A DNA stretch of 64,000 nt from an uncultured candidate division Zixibacteria bacterium (GCA_963668625.2 CAXXKA010000008.1:864001-928000); one strand, 5' to 3'. Numbered from the stretch's first letter, positions 38,188 through 49,692 are shown. Notes: a model not told the origin generated them from the letters alone. Translations and numbers: made by a program.

Positions 38188-39363
38188 ATGCGTTTACATT
38201 TATTTGTTATTGTTGTCGCGATGTTGATTATGGGCAATTGTAACGGAATCGATACTGATTACATGAGCTTGCATAATAATGCTCTGGTGGCCGATATGCA
38301 CTGCGACACGGTCATGGATTTAATCGCCGGCGAGGATATAGCGAAGAGGGATTCGACCGGCCATATCGATCTGCAGCGACTAAAAGCCGGCGGGATCGAT
38401 CTTCAGGTCTTCGCTTGCTTCGTTTGGACACATACCCCACCGGCTGAGGCTTATGCTATGGCAAATAGGATGATCGATACTCTGGAAACGCAGTTTGCGC
38501 GTAACAGTGATCGGATAGAGATTTGCAGGACAGCCGACCGGGCGGAAAGCATTATCAATCAGGAAAAGATGGCCGCCTTCCTGGGAATAGAAAACGGCGT
38601 CGCTATCAGAAATAATCTAAGCGATCTCGAGCATTTCTATAATCGCGGCGTACGCTATCTCACGCTTACGCATACATCATCCAACGACTGGTGCACCTCC
38701 TCATCCGATTCGACTCGTCCCGGCGAGGGCTTGACCGAGTTCGGTAAGGATGTCGTACGCAAAATGAACGAACTTGGGATGATAATCGATGTCTCGCATG
38801 CTCGTATCGAGGCGGTCGAGGATGTGTTAGAGATAACCACCGCCCCGATCATAGCCTCGCATTCATGTGTTCGGGGGATACAAAATCACGACCGTAATTT
38901 GAACGATAACCAGATTCGTGCAATCGCTAAAAACGGCGGTGTGATCGGCATTAATTATTTTCAGTACTATCTCTCTCATCGCGCCTCGGAGATAGCCGAT
39001 TCCATTCAACTGGTCTACAAAGAGGAAATCGACGCGGCCAAGAAATCATATCCCGATGATTACAAGACTCGTCGCGAGATACTAAAGCATGTTTATGCCG
39101 ATTTGACGGTCGCGCTCGAGGGCGTGGTTGATATCGGTACCGTGGTTGATCATATCGACTACATAGTCAAACTGGTCGGCCCCGATCATGTCGGTTTGGG
39201 CTCGGATTTCGACGGCGTATCGCGCTTACCGGAGGGATTAACGGATTGCTCGATGACGCCGAATATTACTCGTGAGCTGGTTAAGCGAGGCTATTCCGAG
39301 GTAGATATCAAAAAGATTTTAGGCGGTAATTTCATGAGGGTATTCAGGCGAGTTTGCGGCTAA
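38188..39363 (+). CDS. Membrane dipeptidase (peptidase M19), exported
   Basis: DMHCDT, GIENG, DVSH, ASHS, GLGSDFDG, GGNFMRV. Confidence 0.95.
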   Translation: MRLHLFVIVVAMLIMGNCNGIDTDYMSLHNNALVADMHCDTVMDLIAGEDIAKRDSTGHIDLQRLKAGGIDLQVFACFVWTHTPPAEAYAMANRMIDTLETQFARNSDRIEICRTADRAESIINQEKMAAFLGIENGVAIRNNLSDLEHFYNRGVRYLTLTHTSSNDWCTSSSDSTRPGEGLTEFGKDVVRKMNELGMIIDVSHARIEAVEDVLEITTAPIIASHSCVRGIQNHDRNLNDNQIRAIAKNGGVIGINYFQYYLSHRASEIADSIQLVYKEEIDAAKKSYPDDYKTRREILKHVYADLTVALEGVVDIGTVVDHIDYIVKLVGPDHVGLGSDFDGVSRLPEGLTDCSMTPNITRELVKRGYSEVDIKKILGGNFMRVFRRVCG

Positions 39364-39401
39364 TTTTAGAATAAGTAATCGGCAAAATTTACGATGTAAT
39401 C

Positions 39402-40601
39402 TCACGCCGCTTTCCGAACGCGTAAATTAACGGCCACGATCAGAATCATAATCGCGCCGACTGCCAGCAGCGAGTTGTTGAACCAGAACATCCAGAGTGT
39501 ATTGCCAACCATATCATGCATGAATCCTCCGAATAATATGAATCCGATCACAGCAGTCCATTTCATCCATCTATTCAAACTACCCCAGTTGAATATTATT
39601 AAAAATACGACAATCTCCAGAAAACCGAACGCGTTGCGACCGGTAGAGGCGATAAGCGGTATCAGGCCGGTCAGGAAAGCCATCTCAAAAACGTAAGCAT
39701 CATTGATATCGTGCCCTTTGAATATCAGGTATAAAACCAATAAACACAATAAAGCCAGTACGATTGCCTGGTAGACATGGGTAGTCAGCGGCGTAAACTC
39801 CACGAGCCGCATTGGGGTGTACTTAGCCAGCGCGGCGAAAATCGTGAGGTTGCCATCGCCCAGCATATCCTGTTTGTTGCCCAGATCGATAGCCAGTTCG
39901 TGAAACCAGAGCTGCTGCTGATCGATGGCCATATCGAATCCCATGAACACTGAAGGAGCGATGAATAGTACCGCGGCAAAAACTAAAAACATCGCCACTA
40001 TTTTGAATTTCTTTTTCACTAAAAAATATGGCAGGAAAATCAGGCAGTGCGGTTTCAAGAACAACGCCATGGCCCACAAGAGCGATATGAACAACTCCCG
40101 CTTGTTACGCCACAGATATATCATACCAATATACATCAATAAAAGCAGATGGTTTACCTGTCCCAGGTGTAACTCGCGCTGAAGTTTCACGCCGATTATG
40201 CAGGTTACGATTAAGACGACGTTGTTTATAGTTTTAGGAGGCAGCTCTTTATACCACGGCCGCACGAGGGAGATACACATATAACATCCCAGAAGAAAAA
40301 TAAGCGTTAGAAATATCCAGTAGATGGCTCGCGCGTAAACATACGGTATTGCAGTATACGGCAGAAAATAAATCGCCGCCGTCGGAGAATATTTATAGTA
40401 GTAATGGCCATCCTGCTCGGGACGGTATAGATTTTCTCCGCTTAACAACCTTTCCGCGGCGGTTACATATACTCTGAAATCGGAGGCCTTGAATCGATCA
40501 TTGGCGATCTCGGGTATCATCATGAGCAATATTACTAAAAGCAGTAAAGCTAAAGCAAAATTACGTTGCGACAGGTAGGCGTTTTTCAGAAAATCTTTCA
40601 A
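39402..40601 (-). CDS. Glycosyltransferase family 87 (GT-C, DUF2029)
   Basis: DFRVY..A..GENLY, YKYSP, LGQVN, FLKP; multi-TM. Confidence 0.85.
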   Translation of the reverse strand: MKDFLKNAYLSQRNFALALLLLVILLMMIPEIANDRFKASDFRVYVTAAERLLSGENLYRPEQDGHYYYKYSPTAAIYFLPYTAIPYVYARAIYWIFLTLIFLLGCYMCISLVRPWYKELPPKTINNVVLIVTCIIGVKLQRELHLGQVNHLLLLMYIGMIYLWRNKRELFISLLWAMALFLKPHCLIFLPYFLVKKKFKIVAMFLVFAAVLFIAPSVFMGFDMAIDQQQLWFHELAIDLGNKQDMLGDGNLTIFAALAKYTPMRLVEFTPLTTHVYQAIVLALLCLLVLYLIFKGHDINDAYVFEMAFLTGLIPLIASTGRNAFGFLEIVVFLIIFNWGSLNRWMKWTAVIGFILFGGFMHDMVGNTLWMFWFNNSLLAVGAIMILIVAVNLRVRKAA

Positions 40602-40789
40602 GCCCTGCTCCGGATTCTCATCAAGCGATTAATCTTAAATAAAAGTTACCCGCAATTATAATTCAATATCGTGGTTATGCCAAATATTTAAATAGACTCG
40701 GATAACAAAGAAAAGCTCGATAAACCTCTAGATAAGCAAAAACGGGCATGATATTGCTCCGCTTGGATTACACGTATAAAGCGGTAATC

Positions 40790-41482
40790 CTATTTATCTT
40801 CGATTTGAGTGGCTTTCAGAGAGAAATCGACGTTACCATGACGGGTTATTATACCCTCTATCATGTAGATAACATCCTCGGCTATATTCGTCGCGTGATC
40901 GGCAATACGCTCCAGGTGACGGGAGATACCCAGGATATGAATCAGACTGTCGAGTTTATCGGGATGTATTTTGATAAACTCCTTTACTTTGATATATGTT
41001 TGACGGTTCATTTCATCCACTTCGTCATCCATCAAGCAAACATCCCGGGCCATATCGGAGTTTAACTGCACCAGCGAATCGAGGCTTTTTTTCAGCATGA
41101 ACTGAACTTTTTCCACCATCTCGGCAAAATTAAAATCATTACTCAAATCGCTCTTGGTTGCTAAAAACGCCGAGCGTTTCGCGATATTCACGGCCTCATC
41201 ACCGATACGTTCGAGCTCGTTGTTTATTTTCAGCACGGCGATTATGAATCGCAAATCGATAGCTACGGGTTGGTGAAGCGCCAGGATTTTCAGGCATTCC
41301 TCCTCCATTTCGACCTCGAGCTTATCGATTTCGATATCTTTGCTGATAACTTCCTGGGTCAGATCATAATCGCGGCGTGATATCGAATTGGCCGATTTCT
41401 GGACATTTTCCTCAACCACCGCGCTTAACGATAGAATATTCTTTTTTAATATCTCAATAGCGTTTTGCAAATGTATCGGCAT
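40790..41482 (-). CDS. phoU: Phosphate signalling protein PhoU
   Basis: QPVAIDLR, LERIGD, LERIADHATNIAE. Confidence 0.97.
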   Translation of the reverse strand: MPIHLQNAIEILKKNILSLSAVVEENVQKSANSISRRDYDLTQEVISKDIEIDKLEVEMEEECLKILALHQPVAIDLRFIIAVLKINNELERIGDEAVNIAKRSAFLATKSDLSNDFNFAEMVEKVQFMLKKSLDSLVQLNSDMARDVCLMDDEVDEMNRQTYIKVKEFIKIHPDKLDSLIHILGISRHLERIADHATNIAEDVIYMIEGIITRHGNVDFSLKATQIEDK

Positions 41483-41507
41483 TTAATATTCCTTGCCAGT
41501 TTTTCCA

Positions 41508-42335
41508 TCAACCGAATCTTCCGGTAATATAATCTTCGGTAATCTTTTTATCCGGCTTAGTGAAAATCTTTTTTGTCGGCCCGAATTCTTTCAAGTACCC
41601 CTGGAAAAAGAATGCGGTATAATCAGAAATTCGCGCCGCTTGTTGCATATTATGTGTTACGATAACTATCGTGTAAAGTTGTTTTAGCTCGCCAATCAAA
41701 TCCTCGATCTTGGCTGTCGAAATCGGGTCGAGCGCCGAGGCAGGTTCATCCATCAGGAGCACCTCGGGCTTAATAGCCAGGGCTCGGGCTATACAAAGAC
41801 GTTGCTGCTGTCCTCCCGAAAGCGACAGAGCGCTTTTATCCAGAAGGTCCTTGACCTCATCCCAGAGATAAGCTTTTTTCAGCGAGGTTTCCACGGCGTT
41901 GCGGAGGATAGTTTTGTCTTTTATACCGTTTACGATCAAGCCATAGGCCACGTTATCGTAGATCGATTTCGGGAACGGATTCGGCCTCTGGAAAACCATG
42001 CCGACCCGGGTTCGTACGCTGGCAACATCCTTGATATCTTTGTAGATATCGATGCCGTCGAGCGTGATCCTGCCCTCCCTGCGAGTTTTAGGTATAGTCT
42101 CGTTCATTCGATTAAGCGAGCGCAGGAAGGTTGACTTGCCGCATCCCGAGGGACCGATTAAGGCGGTCACCATCTTCTCCTCGACATCCAGGGAAACATC
42201 GAAAAGAACTTGATTGTCACCATAAAAGAAATCAAGATTACTAATTCTCATCTTGTTGTTCTTTTCCCCGGCAGGTTCATCGATAATACTATTCACCATC
42301 TGGTCAGCCTTGGTTTTTGCCTTATCATCCGACAT
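41508..42335 (-). CDS. pstB: Phosphate ABC transporter ATPase
   Basis: [39 protein letters not shown]. Confidence 0.98.
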   Translation of the reverse strand: MSDDKAKTKADQMVNSIIDEPAGEKNNKMRISNLDFFYGDNQVLFDVSLDVEEKMVTALIGPSGCGKSTFLRSLNRMNETIPKTRREGRITLDGIDIYKDIKDVASVRTRVGMVFQRPNPFPKSIYDNVAYGLIVNGIKDKTILRNAVETSLKKAYLWDEVKDLLDKSALSLSGGQQQRLCIARALAIKPEVLLMDEPASALDPISTAKIEDLIGELKQLYTIVIVTHNMQQAARISDYTAFFFQGYLKEFGPTKKIFTKPDKKITEDYITGRFG

Positions 42336-43290
42336 TGGCGCGCCTTTTCCTCATATTCGACCTGATTACGATAGCAGTCAGGTTAAGTAAAAAAGTCAGG
42401 ATCAACAACACTACTACCGTGCCGTACAAAATCGGCAGGGTCGCCTCGACATCCGGAGACTGTGTAGCCATTACATATATATGATATCCGAGTTCCATGA
42501 ACTGGTCGTTGAGCTTAGCGGGCAAGTAAGGCAGATAATACGCCGCTCCGGTAAACATTATCGGGGCTACCTCGCCCGCGCCTCGGCTTATCGAGAGAAT
42601 CGCGCCGGTCAGGATACCGGGCATGGCCTGCGGTATAATTATCCGTCTTATGGTTTGAAGCTTGGTAGCTCCCAGAGCGTAACTGGCTTCTTTCAGCTCT
42701 CTCGGGATAGTATTCAGAGCTTCCTCGGTAGATATAATCACTACTGGTAGTGTCAGCAACGCCAACGTAGCCGCCGCCCAGATAATCGCCGGTTGCCCCC
42801 AAACCGGGGCTGTTTGACTGAAAAACATAGAGTCCAGCCCGGAGCCGATAAAGCCTATGAAAAATCCCATACCGAATAAACCGAACACGATCGACGGCAC
42901 ACCGGCTAAATTACTTATCGCCACCCGTATGAGCTTGGTGATCTTCGAGGCCGGATTAGTGTATTCATGAAGATATATCGCGGTAAGAACTCCTATCGGA
43001 ATCGCTATAATAGTCATCAGCAACACCAGGAATATCGTGCCGATTATAGCGGGGAAAATACCGCCTTTCTCCATTCCCTGCTCAGGCGGACTGGATAAAA
43101 ACTCCCAGCTGACCATGCCAATACCGCCATATATGATATTGAACATGATAATAACCAGCATCGAGATTATTATTATCACTGCCATCGAGGTCAGAGCTTT
43201 CGGTATATAGCCTTTGCTTTTGGGTTTGAAATCGCGGGAGGGAATGAAATCCTCTATGTAATCGCGAGAGATTTTAGCATCGATAGCCAT
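42325..43290 (-). CDS. pstA: Phosphate ABC transporter permease
   Basis: [30 protein letters not shown]. Confidence 0.96.
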   Translation of the reverse strand: MAIDAKISRDYIEDFIPSRDFKPKSKGYIPKALTSMAVIIIISMLVIIMFNIIYGGIGMVSWEFLSSPPEQGMEKGGIFPAIIGTIFLVLLMTIIAIPIGVLTAIYLHEYTNPASKITKLIRVAISNLAGVPSIVFGLFGMGFFIGFIGSGLDSMFFSQTAPVWGQPAIIWAAATLALLTLPVVIISTEEALNTIPRELKEASYALGATKLQTIRRIIIPQAMPGILTGAILSISRGAGEVAPIMFTGAAYYLPYLPAKLNDQFMELGYHIYVMATQSPDVEATLPILYGTVVVLLILTFLLNLTAIVIRSNMRKRRANVG

Positions 43291-44219
43291 TACTGTTGAC
43301 CCTGTATTTTCTCTTTGAGTTTATTCAAAATAATTTCTCCGCCCAAATTGGTCAGGAACGTGAACGCGAACAGCAGCGAGCCTATGAAAAACAGAACGCT
43401 GTAATGAGTGCCGCCGAATACGACCTCGGCCAACTCCGCCGCAATCGTCGCCGAAAATGTCCTGATCGAGTCGGCGAAGTTCCACGAGGATATTGCGGCG
43501 TTGCCGGAGGCCATCAACACTATCATCGTCTCGCCGATAGCCCTGCCGAAACCAAGCACTATACCGGCCCCGATACCGGGAATGGCCGCCGGGATAACCA
43601 TCGTGAAAGACACCTGCCACGGACTGGCGCCTAAGGCCAGCGCGGCCTCGCGAAGAGACCCGGGCACCGAGTTCAGCGCGTCCTCCGAAATAGTGAAGAT
43701 AATCGGGATAACCGCCAACCCTAAAGCGATACCGGCGTTAATCGCGTTTAAGCGAAACGTGAGTCCGAATAGATTCTGAATCATGGTTGCCATCACTATT
43801 AGCGCAAAAAAGCCCAGTACCACCGATGGTATACCGGCCAATAGCTCTATAGCCGGTTTAATCAACTCGCGGATACGTTTGGAGGCGAATTCCGCCGAGT
43901 ATACAGCCGCGCCTACTCCCAGCGGAACAGCTATAAGCATAGCGATCAGGGTAGCTTTCAGGGTGCCGATGAATAACGGCATCATGGAGAATTTAGCGGG
44001 ATCGGAGGTCGGACGCCACCTCGAGTGGTCAACGAACATTTTCTGCAAACTGACCTCGGCAGCGATATCGGGATCGGTAAAGATAGGAATTGCCTCTTTG
44101 AAAATGAATATGAATATAAGGAAAATAATGACGATAGCTGAAAGAGCACTCAGCATTATTATCTTCTCACCGAGGAACTCCAGCACCCTCGACTTGCTTT
44201 TAAACTCGTATCTCTCCAA
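43290..44219 (-). CDS. pstC: Phosphate ABC transporter permease
   Basis: ELLAGIPSVV, EAALALGA, GRAIGETM. Confidence 0.96.
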   Translation of the reverse strand: MERYEFKSKSRVLEFLGEKIIMLSALSAIVIIFLIFIFIFKEAIPIFTDPDIAAEVSLQKMFVDHSRWRPTSDPAKFSMMPLFIGTLKATLIAMLIAVPLGVGAAVYSAEFASKRIRELIKPAIELLAGIPSVVLGFFALIVMATMIQNLFGLTFRLNAINAGIALGLAVIPIIFTISEDALNSVPGSLREAALALGASPWQVSFTMVIPAAIPGIGAGIVLGFGRAIGETMIVLMASGNAAISSWNFADSIRTFSATIAAELAEVVFGGTHYSVLFFIGSLLFAFTFLTNLGGEIILNKLKEKIQGQQ

Positions 44220-44249
44220 AAAATTACTCCGACATCCTCGTGAATTTAC

Positions 44250-45104
44250 TCAGTCTATCATGTTAGCTTTGGCCATCTTGGATGATAATGGCACGTAGTC
44301 TATCTCCTCGGAGATTTTCTGGCCTTTAGCCGACAATGCCCAGTTAACCAGAGCTTTTACCTCGCCGGTAGGTTGACCGTTGAAAAACCAGTACAGCTCG
44401 CGCGATATCGGATAACTGCCGTTTGAAACTGTCTCCACGGAGGGTTCGACCGCCGTATCCGTTTCGGTCTTTTTAATCGCGGCAAACTTGACACCCTTAG
44501 CCCAGGCAATGCCACCGTAACCAATACCATTGACATCCTTTGAAACCGCGTTAACCACTGCTGCTGTACCCGGTAATGTCTGGGTATATTCAGAATACTC
44601 GCCTTTCGAGAGAACATGCTCTTTAAAGAAAGCGTAAGTACCGGAGTTATTTTCGCGCCCGTATAAAATAATTCGCTTGTCCCGGCCGCCAACCTCGCTC
44701 CAATTGGATATATTGCCGGTGTAAATTCCCTGAAGCTGTGCGAATGACAGCTCTTTCACCGGATTCTTCTCGTGGAGGAATACGGCTATACCGTCCAAAG
44801 CAACCGATATCCTTTGAATATCTATGCCTTTTTTCTCGGCCAACTTGTATTCTTTGGCTTTCATGTCTCTGGAGGCTTCGCAGATATCCGTAGTACCGTT
44901 TAAGAGCGCGGCAATACCGGTACCGGAACCGCCGCCGGATACCTGAATGATAACCTCGGGTTTTTCTTTCATGTATTCCTCTGCCCAGCGTTGGCCCAAC
45001 CTGACCAACGTGTCAGAACCTTTAATCGTTATCGTGTTTCCTGCGAACAGTATCGCCGATATCACCATCACAGCCAGCATCGCGATCATTACTTTTTTCA
45101 TCAT
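44250..45104 (-). CDS. pstS: Phosphate-binding periplasmic protein
   Basis: KGSDT, GGGSGTG, RENNSGT, YPISR. Confidence 0.97.
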   Translation of the reverse strand: MMKKVMIAMLAVMVISAILFAGNTITIKGSDTLVRLGQRWAEEYMKEKPEVIIQVSGGGSGTGIAALLNGTTDICEASRDMKAKEYKLAEKKGIDIQRISVALDGIAVFLHEKNPVKELSFAQLQGIYTGNISNWSEVGGRDKRIILYGRENNSGTYAFFKEHVLSKGEYSEYTQTLPGTAAVVNAVSKDVNGIGYGGIAWAKGVKFAAIKKTETDTAVEPSVETVSNGSYPISRELYWFFNGQPTGEVKALVNWALSAKGQKISEEIDYVPLSSKMAKANMID

Positions 45105-45189
45105 TCCTCCGTTGCCGGTTGGTTCACCCTCCTCGAGTACCGGCGAATTTTAAATTACACTCTTCTCTGTGAGAATAGTACGTATCAAT

Positions 45190-45207
45190 TGTTAAGTATT
45201 CGTTAGC
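45190..45207 (-). promoter_or_regulatory. Pho box upstream of pstS
   Basis: Minus strand GCTAACG-N4-CTTAACA, then TACTAT (-10-like) 9 nt downstream. Confidence 0.7.
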
Positions 45208-45279
45208 TTTTCATAAAAACAACGAAAACATTTATCCTTATCTTAATGTAACTCTTAATCATAGAAAAAATGTTCATCA

Positions 45280-46536
45280 TTAGTACTTAATTTGATACAC
45301 CATCTGGACTTTATAATCATCACCGAGGCTGTTACCGGCTACCGGCAACTTACCTCTGCCGCCTGAATCAGAGTCATAAGAGGTTGTTTCGAAATCGAGT
45401 ATGACCATATTTCCCCCCGATAAACCATACGATAAACCGCCAACAATCATCGTATAAGCAGTCTTATCGGCTATCAGATTATCTTTATCGGTATCAAACC
45501 GGTCGAATCTACCGAACAATGATAGTTTTACAGACTTAAAAGGTGAGATATTACCGAAAACCGATACCCCCTGAGTTTTCAACTCTGCGCCTGTCGAGTC
45601 GATCCAGGTACCTTTGGCGTTACCGGTAGTGGCGAATAACTGACCGGATAGAGTATATCTGGGATTTTCGATACTCAGCATACCGATATTAACTTTATAA
45701 TCAGGTTCATCCATTGTGTTACCTTTACCGAATATACCGAAATAGCTGAGTTGAAGTCCGGGCATGATATCGGGTATGGGGCGGAATGTTAATCGTCCCT
45801 GAAATGTCTTGTTCTCGTTGTTCTCATCTGCATGATAACCGCCGCCGTTGTATACGCCGATATGCCATGAGCCAAAACGGCCGTCATAATGGCTGTTGCC
45901 GGTGAGCTTTTCGGCCTCGTTTAATTTGCCTCCGAAATTGCCACCCAAGCTTATCCCTAAATCGGCAGAGTTGAGTACGCCGGCGCGCTCGATAGCCATA
46001 GTTCCCTGGCATCTGTAGATATTTATATGCTCCTCGAAATCCAGCCAGGGGATGTGTCCCAGGCCGATTTCGGAACGCCAATCGGTAAAGAAACCGTAGC
46101 CGGTATGGCGAAGTTCGGCGAAGAGATATTTCTCCCTTACCTTATAGTCACCGGTGTTATCTCGATGAATATCCATCGTAACGCGCATTCCGATCCATTC
46201 TGGATCTGACTTTTTGAATGTGAAATATCCGCGATTTAAGGAGAACTCGTTGTATTCCTCGTAAGTATCTCCGGCTAGAGGCGAGCGACCATATGAATAA
46301 TCGATATACCCGAGAACCTCCATTTTCACGCCTTTAAACGGATTCTTGTCTGCCCCTCCGGCTATCACCGGATTTGCCACAAAATAAGCTAGATACATAA
46401 ACAATACACATCCAAGAATTACTGTTTTTGTGCTTAATAAGTTTGAAATTCCCTCTCGGATCATAAAAAGCATACCTTTCCCTATTGGTAACGAATTATT
46501 CTTCCCTGATTGTATTTCCACGGCGTCAATCATCAC
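45280..46536 (-). CDS. Putative phosphate-regulated porin (true start probably downstream of 46536)
   Basis: Beta-strand pattern; C-terminal VYQIKY; lies between phoR and pstS behind a Pho box. Confidence 0.7.
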   Translation of the reverse strand: MMIDAVEIQSGKNNSLPIGKGMLFMIREGISNLLSTKTVILGCVLFMYLAYFVANPVIAGGADKNPFKGVKMEVLGYIDYSYGRSPLAGDTYEEYNEFSLNRGYFTFKKSDPEWIGMRVTMDIHRDNTGDYKVREKYLFAELRHTGYGFFTDWRSEIGLGHIPWLDFEEHINIYRCQGTMAIERAGVLNSADLGISLGGNFGGKLNEAEKLTGNSHYDGRFGSWHIGVYNGGGYHADENNENKTFQGRLTFRPIPDIMPGLQLSYFGIFGKGNTMDEPDYKVNIGMLSIENPRYTLSGQLFATTGNAKGTWIDSTGAELKTQGVSVFGNISPFKSVKLSLFGRFDRFDTDKDNLIADKTAYTMIVGGLSYGLSGGNMVILDFETTSYDSDSGGRGKLPVAGNSLGDDYKVQMVYQIKY

Positions 46537-46557
46537 ATTGCGATTAAATTAATTTAA

Positions 46558-46586
46558 TGTTATGATTGTGTTAGCGTACTATTAGC
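46558..46586 (-). promoter_or_regulatory. Pho box upstream of porin
   Basis: Minus strand GCTAATA-N4-GCTAACA-N4-CATAACA. Confidence 0.75.
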
Positions 46587-46714
46587 AAACGATAATATTA
46601 TTAAAGAAAATTAAGATATTGTTCAACTTTAGTATTGTTCGGGATTTCGATTTTATGATAATGTTGTAAATCTCTCTATGTTTGGAATATATAAGATAAA
46701 GTTGATTTTTTCAA

Positions 46715-48487
46715 CTATGCATGTGGAATCGATATCGTGAAAATACTACCTTTGCCCAGGTTGCTTTCCACAGAGACTTTACCCTTGTGAACGATAACGA
46801 TATGCTTAACTATTGATAACCCCAGCCCGGTTCCACCCAACTGGCGGCTTCTTTCTTTGTCCACCCTGTAAAACCTCTCGAATATGCGTTGCTGATCTTC
46901 CTTTGGTATACCAATGCCATCATCTTTGACACTGATATTAACGAAATCATTATCCCGCTCAACCATGACACTTATCGTTCCACCTTCGGGGCTGTACTTT
47001 ATGGCATTATTCAGAAGGTTAACCATTGCTTGATGAATGAGATCCTCGTTTATTTTCGCGCTCAGGTTCTCAGCGCATTCCAGTTCCAGCCTGATACTGC
47101 TTTCTTTTGCCTGTGGATCGCAGGTTTGCAGGCTGGTTTTAAGCACACCATGAAGTTCTTGCATCTCGAACGCGATACCGGCTTTCTCTTCATTCTCCTC
47201 GATACGGGATAGGTTTAGAAGATCCTCGATAATACCGTTGAGTCTTTCGGTCTGTTTTATGATGATAGATAAAAACCGGCGAGCATCATCGGGGCTGTTT
47301 ATAGCGCCGTCCTGAAGGGTTTCCACGAATCCTTTTATCGAAGTGATCGGGGTTTTAAGCTCATGCGATACGTTGGCCACGAAATCGCGGCGCATATTTT
47401 CCAACTCACGTATCTTGGTGATATCGTTCAGCACGATAACCGTTCCGATATGCTTGCCCGCGCCATCCCGGAGCGCTGCTCCGTGCGCCTGTATATAGTA
47501 TTCTTTGCCCCGGTCCAATACTATCTCGCCCTCAATAGCTTTTTGTTCGGCTAATGATCTTTTCACGAAATCTTGAATCTGGGTATTTCGCAGTACCTCG
47601 TAAATATAACGACCATGAGCCAAATCATCGCTGACATTGAGCATACTCTCGGCGGCGGCATTGATATTTATCACCCGCTCGTTCAGATCGATAGCCAGTA
47701 CGCCCTCGACCATACTCGATAATACAGCCTGCTGCTCGTTTTTCTGGCGAATTATCGTATTGATCCTGTCGTTCAACTGGATGGCCATCTGGTTCATCGA
47801 ATCGACGAGCCCGCCAATTTCGTGCGAATCGTGATCCGGCATTCGATGGCTTAACTTGCCCCTGGCATACTCGTTGGAAATACTCCGCATCGTTTCCAGC
47901 GGATCGCTGACTCGTTTCGAGGTATACAGGCTCGCCAGCAATATCAGAATCATCACCGCCAAACCTCCGAGCGCCACCCTGAAATATACGCTCATCAAAG
48001 CCTCATGGACTATTTGCACCGAGCGGGAGGCCCGGATAGCCCCGATCACCCGGCGGTTTTCGATGATTGGTACTGCCACATATACGAAATCGGACTTGAT
48101 GGTATTGCTATATCGAACCGCCACGCCGATATCACCCGAAAGCGCCCGGCTGATTTCGGGACGTTGTGAGTGATCCTCCATCAGGACTGATTCCTCCTCC
48201 GAGTCACATCGTACCATGCCATCCGCATCGACTATAGTCAAACGAGTTTCGGTATCATTAAAGAGGCTGGAGCAATAATCATCATTAACGAGCGCCATTA
48301 CATCATCATCGCATTGGGTGAAATGATTATTCACTATAGTAGCTTTGTTTTGTAGTTCGACGACGACTTGCTCGAGATAGAATTGTTCGAAAGTCTGGGA
48401 GATGTAAAACGTAACCGCTATCATGGCGATAAACGTTATCAACCAGAGCGATGGAAATAATTGCCAGACTAGACGCTTTCGATTCAC
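46715..48487 (-). CDS. phoR: Sensor histidine kinase PhoR (HAMP-PAS-HisKA-HATPase)
   Basis: FVANVSHELKTPITSI, NAIKY, FERFYRVDK, GGTGLGL. Confidence 0.95.
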   Translation of the reverse strand: MNRKRLVWQLFPSLWLITFIAMIAVTFYISQTFEQFYLEQVVVELQNKATIVNNHFTQCDDDVMALVNDDYCSSLFNDTETRLTIVDADGMVRCDSEEESVLMEDHSQRPEISRALSGDIGVAVRYSNTIKSDFVYVAVPIIENRRVIGAIRASRSVQIVHEALMSVYFRVALGGLAVMILILLASLYTSKRVSDPLETMRSISNEYARGKLSHRMPDHDSHEIGGLVDSMNQMAIQLNDRINTIIRQKNEQQAVLSSMVEGVLAIDLNERVININAAAESMLNVSDDLAHGRYIYEVLRNTQIQDFVKRSLAEQKAIEGEIVLDRGKEYYIQAHGAALRDGAGKHIGTVIVLNDITKIRELENMRRDFVANVSHELKTPITSIKGFVETLQDGAINSPDDARRFLSIIIKQTERLNGIIEDLLNLSRIEENEEKAGIAFEMQELHGVLKTSLQTCDPQAKESSIRLELECAENLSAKINEDLIHQAMVNLLNNAIKYSPEGGTISVMVERDNDFVNISVKDDGIGIPKEDQQRIFERFYRVDKERSRQLGGTGLGLSIVKHIVIVHKGKVSVESNLGKGSIFTISIPHA

Positions 48488-49182
48488 ATTTGTTCCCTGA
48501 ACCGGTAACCGACACCGCGTACTGTTTCGATATACTTGCCGTAACTGCGGAGCTTCTTGCGCAACCCGACAACCTGAACATCAACGGTTCTATCGGTTAC
48601 GACATAGTCTTCACCCCTGACAGCATCGACGATTTGATAGCGAGTGAAAACCCATCCCGGACGGCTTGCCAGGAAGTGCAGCAATTTGAATTCCGTAAGC
48701 GTGAACTTTACCGATTCGCCGGAAATCAGAACCTCATGTCGACCCGGATGAATCACCAGGTCGTTAATCTTGATAACCGAGTTCTGATCCGCCGGATGCT
48801 GGGTATTACGTCTAAAACAGGCACGAATTCGAGCGATAAGGACTTTAGGGCTAAAGGGTTTGGTTACGTAATCATCCGCGCCTAATTCCAATCCGGTTAC
48901 TATATCCGATTCCTCCCCCTTGGCGGTTACCATGACGACCGGAATAACAGCCGTGGCTGAATCCGACTTGAGAAGTTTGCAAACCTCAAGACCGTCAATG
49001 CCGGGAAGCATAAGATCAAGTACGATCAAATCTGGTTTCTCCGCCCGGGCTTTATCCAAACCGATTTCACCCGAGTTGGCGCTTATAACCTGGTATCCCT
49101 CTTTATCAAGGTTATATCTTATTAACTCCTGAATGTCCTCGTCATCCTCGACAACAAGTATTTTTGCTTTTCCCATAATCAT
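48484..49182 (-). CDS. phoB: OmpR-family response regulator PhoB/PhoP
   Basis: VEDD, LDLMLP, KPFSP, RTVDV, ETVRGVGY; adjacent to phoR and pst. Confidence 0.93.
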   Translation of the reverse strand: MIMGKAKILVVEDDEDIQELIRYNLDKEGYQVISANSGEIGLDKARAEKPDLIVLDLMLPGIDGLEVCKLLKSDSATAVIPVVMVTAKGEESDIVTGLELGADDYVTKPFSPKVLIARIRACFRRNTQHPADQNSVIKINDLVIHPGRHEVLISGESVKFTLTEFKLLHFLASRPGWVFTRYQIVDAVRGEDYVVTDRTVDVQVVGLRKKLRSYGKYIETVRGVGYRFREQM

Positions 49183-49205
49183 AATGCCTGTAATAAACCC
49201 CGAAA

Positions 49206-49234
49206 CATTAGCCTAATGTTAGCAATCGGTTAAA
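49206..49234 (-). promoter_or_regulatory. Pho box upstream of phoB (autoregulation)
   Basis: Minus strand TTTAACC-N4-GCTAACA-N4-GCTAATG. Confidence 0.75.
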
Positions 49235-49596
49235 TTTACACTTGCGATTTCGACTACCATTTGTTTAACTCGTTTAAAACCATCCATTTATTGAATATGA
49301 ATATATTAGCGATAAATTAAAATCAAAGCAAATCATATATTTCAACTATTGACTTTTGGAGCAGTTTAAATTTTACAACCTGAATTATCCGATATGCGAT
49401 TGAAACCCGCAGTAAGTGACCTGCCAGTCTATCTTTTAGAGTTATACTCCCGGTACTTCTTCAAGCCGCCGGCATGTCATCGGTGTAAGATATTGTTTTC
49501 TTGTCGCCACGATTTAGCAAATCAGTCAATTAATCGGTTGAAATAAAGCAATTTTTGGAAACAATTCTAAAAACTCCAATGTTACCTATAATTTGA

Positions 49597-49692
49597 AGGG
49601 TTGTTGAAAAATTCAGCTTCACGAGTCGACAGGAATCATTTCCTGGCGAATTACCGTATGAATATAGGTGGCAGGAAAGAATTTCTACCACC
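49597..49692. repeat. Dispersed REP/MITE-like repeat copy
   Basis: Similar to 18835-18948; contains GGTGGCAGGAAAGAATTTCTACCACC. Confidence 0.6.
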
